48,484 nucleotides of DNA from a virus (taxonomy: Duplodnaviria > Caudoviricetes), in IMG/VR virus record IMGVR_UViG_3300025600_000008, positions 1 to 48,484 of that record; one strand, 5' to 3'. Position 1 is the stretch's first letter, and every line of letters begins with the position of its first letter. A program made the translations under genes and the position numbers. The notes beneath the pieces were generated by a model. The model did no database searches and was not told the origin of the DNA. It saw only the letters and a program-made list of their open reading frames with translations. This document shows positions 39,316-46,595 of the stretch, piece after piece.

Positions 39316-39798
39316 TTATGGCATTACGTTTTGATGGGCAAATTCTCCAAAATATTTAATAGATGCCACATTATATGATTGTGATGCTTCAATTTCAGAT
39401 GCAAACAACCCTAAATGAATACATATTCCCTCTTTTTTTATATACGCCCGCCATTTTTTAGATGCCCTAAACCAGCAAACTCCTTTATATTTTGATGATA
39501 CCCCAACCTGCGATCTTTGATTCATCATATTTTCAGATCTTGTGCAAAATCTCAAATTTACTTTCTGGTTATTGCATCCATCTCCGGTAATGTGGTCTAT
39601 ATCTAATTTTTGTGGATTGTCCCCCATTATTAATTTATGCATTAGCTGTGTTTTACACTTGCCGTTAATCGTTATGCATCTTCTTGCATAGAATGTATTG
39701 CTAACTTTATGTGCGTACCATTTAAATTTATTTACGCGTTCAAAATCCTCATCATCTATTAATGCAAATTTACCTTGTGTTAATTTAATCTCTTTCAT
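39316..39798 (-). CDS. HNH endonuclease with AP2 domain (paralog of 32198..32683)
   Basis: Same MKEI.LTQGK, IDH..G.G.NN..NLR, SKYKGV.W and YFGEFA motifs. Confidence 0.9.
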   Translation of the reverse strand: MKEIKLTQGKFALIDDEDFERVNKFKWYAHKVSNTFYARRCITINGKCKTQLMHKLIMGDNPQKLDIDHITGDGCNNQKVNLRFCTRSENMMNQRSQVGVSSKYKGVCWFRASKKWRAYIKKEGICIHLGLFASEIEASQSYNVASIKYFGEFAHQNVMP

Positions 39799-39819
39799 GT
39801 TAACCAGTTTTTAAAATAC

Positions 39820-39894
39820 CCAGAACAAAAAGGAATTGGAAGGGAGTTCTGGTTTCCCTTATCGGTGGGTAATTACTTCCACCTATCCAATCCC
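39820..39894 (-). ncRNA. Candidate three-way-junction/pseudoknot RNA upstream of HNH-AP2
   Basis: GGGAUUGG/CCAAUUCC outer stem, GGUGG/CCACC and AAGGGA/UCCCUU inner stems; loop CCAGAAC complementary to downstream GUUCUGG. Confidence 0.6.
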
Positions 39895-40019
39895 AATATT
39901 AATCAATTAATTTGACAATTCAAATAAATTTTAAAAATAAATTCAGGTGATTAGCTTAACTAATTGGCTTACTCTGTTATCGGTTTCTTTTGACCGACCG
40001 AACCTGAATTTTGAATCTG

Positions 40020-40121
40020 TACAGCCCTAAGCCGCCATTTTCATTTCAATTGTTTTGCCTGTTATTGGCTGTAATACCCTCGATTAATCTACTTTTCTGC
40101 TAATCAAAACCAGTCACCCCC
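40020..40121 (-). ncRNA. ssrA: Permuted tmRNA, coding piece (mature 5' end at 40121; 3' end uncertain, may extend to about 39939)
   Basis: GGGGGUG-ACUGGUUUUGA 5' end; P2 strand UUAGCAG; UAACA then GGC resume codon; tag GKTIEMKMAA-stop at 40059-40027. Confidence 0.88.
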
Positions 40122-40183
40122 GGAGCCAAGTTTCTTTTATATCGAAGAAAACAGGAAGAAACGTTACTAATTGGCGATTAGCG

Positions 40184-40246
40184 TGGAGGTGGTGGGAGTC
40201 GAACCCACGTCTTAACAGTTTTTCAAATAACTTCAACGGATATTAT
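40184..40246 (-). ncRNA. ssrA: Permuted tmRNA, acceptor piece
   Basis: CUGUUAA-GAC-GUGGG-UUCGACU-CCCAC-CACCUCC-A; pairs with the coding piece giving G3-U70 and A73; CCA not encoded. Confidence 0.88.
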
Positions 40247-40252
40247 TAGGTA

Positions 40253-40260
40253 CAAATATA
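40253..40260 (-). promoter_or_regulatory. Bacteroidota-type -7 promoter element for tmRNA
   Basis: TATATTTG a few nt upstream of where acceptor-piece pairing begins. Confidence 0.7.
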
Positions 40261-40264
40261 GTAA

Positions 40265-40435
40265 TTATCTAAATACGTTTGGCCTTGCACGATCAAAAAA
40301 TTCATTTCTCGGTTCCCCGTGTGACTTAATAAACGCCGCCCTTTTAGCATACATCGTTTTTGAATGTGATCTTTTAACCGTCACACACGAGTCTAAAATC
40401 GAGAGTAAAAATAGAAATAAAAGTAGTTTTTTCAT
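40265..40435 (-). CDS. 56-aa putative lipoprotein (not in ORF track)
   Basis: MKKLLLFLFLLSILDSC signal peptide with Cys17, basic mature part. Confidence 0.65.
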   Translation of the reverse strand: MKKLLLFLFLLSILDSCVTVKRSHSKTMYAKRAAFIKSHGEPRNEFFDRARPNVFR

Positions 40436-40445
40436 TTAAATAAAT

Positions 40446-40931
40446 TTAAAGTTTTGCCATAAATCGTTCATACTCCTTCTCGATAGTGTTAATAATCGAA
40501 TCATAAATTTCACCTTCAAAGAATTTACCTATTACATTTTCGTAGATAAACGGTAACTGCTCCCGTATAAACGATTCAAAGCGTTTTTGCGACATATTTC
40601 CGAAACTGATACTTTCATACTCAACCATCTTTGTGCCGTCCGAAAAGTCAAACAAAACAGCATACTCGCCTTTTAAATGTTTAATGAAGATGTAAAATTT
40701 ATCTTCGGGTACTGCCTTTCTGAATTTCAAAGGTAGGTAATTGTAGATGAAATTAAGCAATGAAAAATAACAGCGATGCATTGAAATGTCGCGGGCTGTT
40801 ACTTCTTTGAATGAAAGTATTTCACCTTTACGGGATTGATCTAAAAGCTCCGAAGCGTTTTCGTTTGCCGGAATAAAACCACCTCCGACATTTGCCAATT
40901 CGATTAATTTGAAGTAATCAGAATCTTTCAT
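40446..40931 (-). CDS. NinB/DUF1367-like recombination accessory protein
   Basis: R....HR.YF.LL...SISF..M.Q..F. Confidence 0.7.
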   Translation of the reverse strand: MKDSDYFKLIELANVGGGFIPANENASELLDQSRKGEILSFKEVTARDISMHRCYFSLLNFIYNYLPLKFRKAVPEDKFYIFIKHLKGEYAVLFDFSDGTKMVEYESISFGNMSQKRFESFIREQLPFIYENVIGKFFEGEIYDSIINTIEKEYERFMAKL

Positions 40932-41230
40932 TGATTGAATAGTTTTTGATTTTGCATTAATAGTTTTTGCGCCTTCTCAAAAGTGCTTATACGAATACCA
41001 AAGTCTTGAAAAAATAATGTTTTTCCGTTAAATTCCCTTGCTTTAATGTAATCGTAATAAAGTTCCCTATCTGATGATAATACAAATTTATAAATTTGCA
41101 AACTTAATTCATCCGGTTCGGTATCTGATACATAAAGCAAAAAATACTGTTTGCAAATATCGCCATTTTTAGTTTTATTTTTTATAAAACATTTTGAAAT
41201 TACTGCAATTTTAGCGCCTTCGTTTTTCAT
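40928..41230 (-). CDS. Hypothetical protein
   Basis: 100-aa ORF, ATGA coupling. Confidence 0.65.
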   Translation of the reverse strand: MKNEGAKIAVISKCFIKNKTKNGDICKQYFLLYVSDTEPDELSLQIYKFVLSSDRELYYDYIKAREFNGKTLFFQDFGIRISTFEKAQKLLMQNQKLFNQ

Positions 41231-41365
41231 TTGTAAATAGTTGTTTTATCGTTTAATTTAATCGCTTTAAGTTTAGATAGATCCGGTGAAATAATGCCGG
41301 ATTTTTTTATTTTTTGGCTGTCGTTACCGTTTAATTTTGATAGTTTGGAATGACTGCCAATTTCG

Positions 41366-42046
41366 CTACTTTTCATCGAACAAATACATTAAATTTCTGA
41401 ATTGTAAATACTCAATAAATTGAGTTAATAGCTTTTCAATATCCTTTCTCATTCCGGCGTATTCCAAGCATTCTATCGGTTCGTGTCGGATTAACTTTAG
41501 CTTACTGACATCATACAAATCCCGCTCTTTTTTGTACCCTTTAAATTCAAATACATCATAGCAGAATTTCGGAACGTCGAATAAATCAAGATAAAAACGC
41601 CACTGATACGAATCTGTATAGTCGGTTTCAGTTCTGATTGCTGAATACTTTGTTTTAATATCCCGAATTAAATTACCTAAAAGTAAATCAAGTCCACCGG
41701 ATACGGTTATTTCAATCCCTTCAATCAAATACTTTTTAGTAGTCCGTAATTCGTGAAAACAACCCTTATTTTCGGCTTTATACTGCAAAGCCATATCAAT
41801 GTGCTGTTGGTTCATTAAAACGTCAAATTCATCTATCCTTAGCCTTCGCAAATCGCCTTCGTGAATTGTTACGTCTCCAGATTCAACTATTTTGTGAAAA
41901 GCCGTGCCAATTCGGGTGTATTCATTTCCGGTAAATTGTCCGGTCAATGTCTCCAAAAGGTTTTCTTCTGTTGAGTAAATCGAAGTACCCTGAATGAATC
42001 TTCGGAATGCTTCGATTGTAGTCACTCTAAATTGTAGGTTAGACAT
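41366..42046 (-). CDS. PD-(D/E)XK exonuclease (recombination)
   Basis: GTAFH, G.LD.....IRDIKT, QWRFYL; paired with Sak4-like ATPase. Confidence 0.8.
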   Translation of the reverse strand: MSNLQFRVTTIEAFRRFIQGTSIYSTEENLLETLTGQFTGNEYTRIGTAFHKIVESGDVTIHEGDLRRLRIDEFDVLMNQQHIDMALQYKAENKGCFHELRTTKKYLIEGIEITVSGGLDLLLGNLIRDIKTKYSAIRTETDYTDSYQWRFYLDLFDVPKFCYDVFEFKGYKKERDLYDVSKLKLIRHEPIECLEYAGMRKDIEKLLTQFIEYLQFRNLMYLFDEK

Positions 42047-42923
42047 GTTCAAATTTCTTTGATGTTGTATTGTAGCCTATTTTAACAATCTCCATTTTGC
42101 TCTTAAAAACAGACCTGAACCCGATCTGTTGACCTTTTGGAAGCTTTGCAATTTCTTCGCTGATCGTTTCGGCATGTTCCGGCGTGGTCATTTCGTTGAT
42201 CAAATCCTGAACCCTTTCAATCTGGATCATTGCTTCTTTTTGTGATTCGGTCATTGATTGAATTGAATTGCGAACCGATTCAATAATTTCAGTCATACAA
42301 GTTTTAAAAGCCGGATCTGTTTCGTTTGGAATTTCCATAATTGGAAGCCTTGCAACGTTTTTACCAACAGTTCTATCGGTTGGATCAAACTGAATTGTTC
42401 GCTTATTGTTTGCCATATACATATAACCAACCTGATCGGAAATACGTAAAAGTAAATCTTTTGAACCGCCCGTTACGTCAGGTGAAATTTTCACATTGTC
42501 ACCTTCTTTTTCTTCTTTGGCATGAGCTAAAATAACAATGTCGATTTCTTCACCACGTCTGCGATTAATGAACATTTTGAACTCTTCTCCAATTGCGCCG
42601 TACGCTTTCAATTTATTGGTTTTGAGTTTGTAATCCATTTCGGCCACGTATGTCATAAGGTAATCATCTAGCACGGCCTTGGCGGTATCAATTCCCAATG
42701 TTTTGTAGTGCTTAATTTCCTGCTCGTCTACAATTACATCTTTCCAATTTGATGCTACGATTGTGTCTTGTCTGAAAATTGCCCTGTCGCCTCCACGATC
42801 ACAGTCTAAAAGAATTGGAGTATTTGCAGTGTTGAAAAGCGAAGTTTTGCCAACTCCAGGACTGCCATAGATCAGTATTATTACCGGTCTTTTTGGAAAA
42901 GAATCTGTTTTTTTAATAATCAT
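42039..42923 (-). CDS. AAA_24/Sak4-like ATPase (ssDNA annealing)
   Basis: IYGSPGVGKTS, LLD.DRG, IDT, ILAH, D.VGY, GKN. Confidence 0.85.
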   Translation of the reverse strand: MIIKKTDSFPKRPVIILIYGSPGVGKTSLFNTANTPILLDCDRGGDRAIFRQDTIVASNWKDVIVDEQEIKHYKTLGIDTAKAVLDDYLMTYVAEMDYKLKTNKLKAYGAIGEEFKMFINRRRGEEIDIVILAHAKEEKEGDNVKISPDVTGGSKDLLLRISDQVGYMYMANNKRTIQFDPTDRTVGKNVARLPIMEIPNETDPAFKTCMTEIIESVRNSIQSMTESQKEAMIQIERVQDLINEMTTPEHAETISEEIAKLPKGQQIGFRSVFKSKMEIVKIGYNTTSKKFEHV

Positions 42924-43002
42924 CGTTTTTAAATTTAAAGTGTTTGAAAGTGTAAATATAGTGAAAAACTTTCGTAATTCACTATATTTGTGTTAATTAA
43001 TA

Positions 43003-43263
43003 TCAAATATCTCCGTCATATCCGTCAAGAAAATCAAGTAGTTGATCCTGTATTCTGCCCGCTTGTTTTGAGCTTAACCTATTGATTAACTCAATTCCGT
43101 TCTTTTTGATTGAATAAACATCAAAATCCCCACCTTCGTCTGGATAACCGGGGTCTCCGTTACTCATGTAATTGCGTCCGGAAACAAATGGAGTTGTGTA
43201 AACTTCGCATTCTAAATCATGTTCTTTTCCGACTTCGGAAACATATGTAAAATTGTAGCTCAT
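43003..43263 (-). CDS. Acidic hypothetical protein
   Basis: NGDPGYP.EG motif. Confidence 0.7.
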   Translation of the reverse strand: MSYNFTYVSEVGKEHDLECEVYTTPFVSGRNYMSNGDPGYPDEGGDFDVYSIKKNGIELINRLSSKQAGRIQDQLLDFLDGYDGDI

Positions 43264-43266
43264 GAC

Positions 43267-43536
43267 TTAAAGTTTTGAGGTGAAAACCGCCAACGTTGCG
43301 GCGTATTCGGCGTCAAATTCTTCTTTGGTGCATTTGATGCGGTCGCAACCAAGAGCATGAATAGAAGAGTAAACTTCGATTTGTGGATAATCCGTTTCTG
43401 ATGACACGACATGCAGCGCTTCTGATTCACTAAATACTTTCCAGTAATGGCATTTTACTGCTGTTCCTTTGCAATAATAAGGGAGTGTTAACTCAACCTC
43501 TTCGAATACTGGATTTGTTCTAACTTGAATTTTCAT
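43267..43536 (-). CDS. Hypothetical protein
   Basis: E.TLPYY.K...T.EEF motif; first gene after promoter 43560. Confidence 0.7.
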   Translation of the reverse strand: MKIQVRTNPVFEEVELTLPYYCKGTAVKCHYWKVFSESEALHVVSSETDYPQIEVYSSIHALGCDRIKCTKEEFDAEYAATLAVFTSKL

Positions 43537-43559
43537 TGTATCGTTTTTAAATTGTACTT

Positions 43560-43612
43560 CAAAGATAAGTTAAATGATAATCGGTATTACAAAACATGCT
43601 GTTAAACATGTT
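43560..43612 (-). promoter_or_regulatory. TATCTTTG promoter with AACATGCT/AACATGTT boxes
   Basis: -7 element 43560-43567; boxes at 43593 and 43605. Confidence 0.72.
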
Positions 43613-43635
43613 CTATAATACCGACTAAATTAAAT

Positions 43636-44883
43636 TTAAAGTTTTTCGATTTCGGATTTTGCCCACTTTTTAAACCCTTCAAACTTTGCCGAAATATCGG
43701 AGGCGGTAACGGTTGCGGATAAATCATTTGTTTTCGGTATTGCAATATTAAGTGATTCAATCCACTTTGTCAGCTTTATTTTATCCGGTGCTTTTGCGGC
43801 CTGTTTTTCTGCCTCGATGCGTTCCTTTTCTTTGCGTTCAATATCTTGCTTCGCTTTTAATTCGGCTTCGTTTTTGGCTTTAATTTCGGCTTCTAATTGA
43901 GCCTGTTTTGCTTCTGCCTTTTCGCGTTCGATACGTGCGGTTTCTTCGATAGTTTTTTGTTTTGCCTCTAATTCGATACGTTGTTTTTCTGCAATATCGG
44001 CAAGTCTTTTAGCTTCTTTTTCTGCTAATTCCTTTTGCAGTTTCAATTCCTTTTCTGCCTTTTCGCGCTCGGCCTTCAATTCAAGTTCCTTGCGTTCGGA
44101 TTCTTTTTGAAGTCTTTCATTTTCAAGTCTCACGCGTTCATTTTCGGCGTCCTCGTAAATTTTTGATTCGGTTAAGGCGGTCTTTAAGTCATTCCATTGT
44201 TCATCTGACAGTTCACCAAGATTCATATTCCTATATTCAGCTGTGACATATTTCCAAAGATCAATAATAGATTCTTTGCGCTCTGCAAAAAGTTGTAGAA
44301 TTCTTCCTTTTTCAATCCGTTCTGCTTCGGCTTGTTTTTCGGCCTCTATTTTGTCGTTATACTGTTTTTCAAGTCCGGACAAAAACAAATCAAACATTGA
44401 ATCTGACATGTTTTCAAATTCAGAGCTAAATACATCAGAACTGAATTTTAACACTTTCATAATTCGCTCGTGTATTTTCAATTCTTTACGCTCTGCCTCA
44501 ATGCGTTCTTTTGTTTCCTCTTTCCATTTTGCATTAGCCTCAATTTCTTTTGTAAGAATCTCCATTACCTGTCTTGATTTAAGCCAGAGTGAATCCTCGG
44601 TTTTATCAGATAACATTTTAATTCTCAATTCTTCGCGCTTCGCATCAAATTCCTTTGCGCCCTGGATTCTGGCATCCCTGACTCCCAACCGGATGGTATT
44701 GGCCATCTTCATGGACGTTTTGTCATTTTCATCAGTCACTACGACTAAATCCAATTGATCGCGCATTTTGGTAACGCCATTGAATACGTGGTTTAAAACT
44801 GCCTGTACTTCGTTTCTTTTTTCGATTGAAACGTTTTGAGCCATTTGCTCAATTTCTGCCGGTAAAAATACTTGTTCTGTCAT
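43636..44883 (-). CDS. Long coiled-coil early protein
   Basis: E/K/A-rich heptads, C-terminal A.APDK.KL motif. Confidence 0.8.
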   Translation of the reverse strand: MTEQVFLPAEIEQMAQNVSIEKRNEVQAVLNHVFNGVTKMRDQLDLVVVTDENDKTSMKMANTIRLGVRDARIQGAKEFDAKREELRIKMLSDKTEDSLWLKSRQVMEILTKEIEANAKWKEETKERIEAERKELKIHERIMKVLKFSSDVFSSEFENMSDSMFDLFLSGLEKQYNDKIEAEKQAEAERIEKGRILQLFAERKESIIDLWKYVTAEYRNMNLGELSDEQWNDLKTALTESKIYEDAENERVRLENERLQKESERKELELKAEREKAEKELKLQKELAEKEAKRLADIAEKQRIELEAKQKTIEETARIEREKAEAKQAQLEAEIKAKNEAELKAKQDIERKEKERIEAEKQAAKAPDKIKLTKWIESLNIAIPKTNDLSATVTASDISAKFEGFKKWAKSEIEKL

Positions 44884-44908
44884 TTTATTATCGTTTTTAA
44901 AAGTTTAT

Positions 44909-44961
44909 CAAATGTATATAAAATAGAAATATGCGTGTAGAAAACTGCTGTTAAACATGTT
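44909..44961 (-). promoter_or_regulatory. TACATTTG promoter with AACATGTT box
   Basis: -7 element 44909-44916; degenerate box near 44942, perfect box at 44954. Confidence 0.7.
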
Positions 44962-45092
44962 TTGTTTCTGACCGCCTCCGATCAAATCCAGTATGACCGG
45001 AGGCATTTACAAAAAAAGGTGTCTGTATCGCTATGGTAGGCTAAGAAAACCAGACTATAACAAATCGGAGGCTCAACTAAACCTCGGATATT

Positions 45093-45366
45093 TTAATAAT
45101 TTGGCAGTACAAACACAAAATTATTGTCTGTCATTTCGGCCTCATAAAGGCTATTTTTTGCTAATTCTGGATTATCCCATTTACCATTAACGTCGGTTAG
45201 TGATATTACTTTATCAACCGATAGCGTAACTTTACCATCGACAAAGGTGTCTCCGACCGCGATATCTTTCGCTGTACCTCGCTGATAATACTTACCCCCC
45301 CCCTAAATGTTTGCGCTCGTAAATATTTACTCCATTCGACGCGCTTGATGTGTGATTGTGCTGCAT
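45093..45366 (-). pseudogene. 90-aa ORF frameshifted at a G9 tract
   Basis: G9 (45295-45303) gives 24 aa then TAA; G8 gives MQHNH...GGGKYYQRG...VLPNY. Confidence 0.6.
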
Positions 45367-45396
45367 AATAATTGTTTTTAAAAGTGAAATTTATAA

Positions 45397-45561
45397 TTAA
45401 AATAATGTGCTCATGTGTTTTCTTTCATTCAGCATTCTAATTTGCCAAACCGTTTTATCATGAACTTGCTTTTTAATGCGTCGTTTTTCTTTGTTGTTTA
45501 CTCCCCATAAAATGCAGAGAAAGCCAATCATGCAAAAAATAATTATTCCGAAAGTTGCCAT
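45397..45561 (-). CDS. 54-aa single-TM protein (not in ORF track)
   Basis: MATFGIIIFCMIGFLCILWGV followed by a basic tail. Confidence 0.6.
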   Translation of the reverse strand: MATFGIIIFCMIGFLCILWGVNNKEKRRIKKQVHDKTVWQIRMLNERKHMSTLF

Positions 45562-45562
45562 T

Positions 45563-45637
45563 TTATTTGTTTTTAGACATTAATAAAGATCCGATTAAAA
45601 TTGCCAGTATTCCGGCAAGTACGATTATTTCCCACAT
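45563..45637 (-). CDS. 24-aa hydrophobic peptide (not in ORF track)
   Basis: MWEIIVLAGILAILIGSLLMSKNK, fills the gap between two ORFs exactly. Confidence 0.55.
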   Translation of the reverse strand: MWEIIVLAGILAILIGSLLMSKNK

Positions 45638-45639
45638 GG

Positions 45640-45816
45640 CTATCGTTTTAAACTATTTAACATTGTTTCTTTCATCTTATACATGCCTCCGTTTAAAGTG
45701 ATTATTTTAGGGTATTCGTACATGGTGAATTTCAATTTCTTTTCTCCTTTTGGAAGTGGTTTGCGTCCTGCTTTTTCGGATGCCGTGCCGTCGAGTTTGA
45801 TTTTTTGGTAGCTCAT
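45640..45816 (-). CDS. 58-aa basic putative DNA-binding protein (not in ORF track)
   Basis: AGRKPLPKGEKK motif. Confidence 0.6.
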   Translation of the reverse strand: MSYQKIKLDGTASEKAGRKPLPKGEKKLKFTMYEYPKIITLNGGMYKMKETMLNSLKR

Positions 45817-45833
45817 TTTTTAATTGTTTTAAA

Positions 45834-46085
45834 TTAATCTTCTTTAAATGGATTTATTGGAATATCAAGCGTATTTGAAATATAAGACTCAACGCGATAA
45901 TCGTGATCTGTACTATTTTCGGTTTTTCTTTTTAGTATTAACCTAAGTTCCTTTTCTGCTAATTCTTTCGAACTAAATCCCATTTGCATATAAACGAATC
46001 TGTAATTAGTGGCCAATCCTAAATTATTTGTATATGTGATCTTCCACCTTTCTTCTTTATGTGTTTTTAATTTCTGCCAGTCCAT
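45834..46085 (-). CDS. Hypothetical early protein
   Basis: 83 aa; F.SKE.AE motif. Confidence 0.65.
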   Translation of the reverse strand: MDWQKLKTHKEERWKITYTNNLGLATNYRFVYMQMGFSSKELAEKELRLILKRKTENSTDHDYRVESYISNTLDIPINPFKED

Positions 46086-46178
46086 ATGTTTAATATTACT
46101 TTAAGTTTGAATTTTGTCGATATATCAGATCGATCAAATATCATTCTGATGGTTCTGTATATATTCCCTTGCATATTT

Positions 46179-46388
46179 TTAATTTTCATAGCAAATTCTT
46201 TCATCAATATTTAATATGTGATTTCCCTGTTTATGTGAAAAATCCATAAACACCGGATGATTTTTAGATTCGTTATATTCTTTCTTTGAAATTTTACGCC
46301 CCCAGAATCCGTTATCATATTGGTCAAATCTTTTATTATAAACCGGCTTGCCTTTTATTGTTCTTTTTGTTATCGTGATAGTTTCCAT
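46179..46388 (-). CDS. Hypothetical early protein
   Basis: First ORF after the TAAATTTG promoter at 46414-46421. Confidence 0.65.
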   Translation of the reverse strand: METITITKRTIKGKPVYNKRFDQYDNGFWGRKISKKEYNESKNHPVFMDFSHKQGNHILNIDERICYEN

Positions 46389-46494
46389 TTTGTCATTTTT
46401 AAAGTTTGTAGTACAAATTTAAGTATAAGTTTTATATACACCTAATATATTTACATCTATTTTACAAAAAGTGTTGTAGAACATGTTTTAAACG

Positions 46495-46561
46495 AAAAAA
46501 CGCCTGTAATCGGGCGATTACAGGCGCAAATTTCAAACTAACCAAACTTTCTAAAAACGAT
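46495..46561 (-). ncRNA. Candidate ~67-nt small RNA with intrinsic terminator
   Basis: TTTG (46591-46594) and TAAATTTG (46565-46572) promoter elements; no ORF; CGCCTGTAATC/GATTACAGGCG stem plus U6. Confidence 0.55.
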
Positions 46562-46595
46562 ACGCAAATTTAATAATTTATTCGACAATTCAAAA

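Noticed and set aside
40184-40212. tmRNA 3' fragment as an attP site for integration into host ssrA
   Set aside because: No integrase is seen, and the matching 5' module, P2 pairing, tag frame and promoter are all present, which an att fragment would not need
41281-41316. Plus-strand terminator-like hairpin implying a hidden plus-strand gene
   Set aside because: No plus-strand ORF upstream; more simply an intergenic hairpin or antisense barrier
361-44758. Other plus-strand and nested alternative-frame ORFs in the track (e.g. 404..703, 11609..12058, 20143..20499, 28780..29127, 44243..44758)
   Set aside because: Shadow frames of well-supported minus-strand genes
44993-45190. Plus-strand 65-aa ORF
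   Set aside because: Antisense to the G9-interrupted minus-strand gene; no supporting signals
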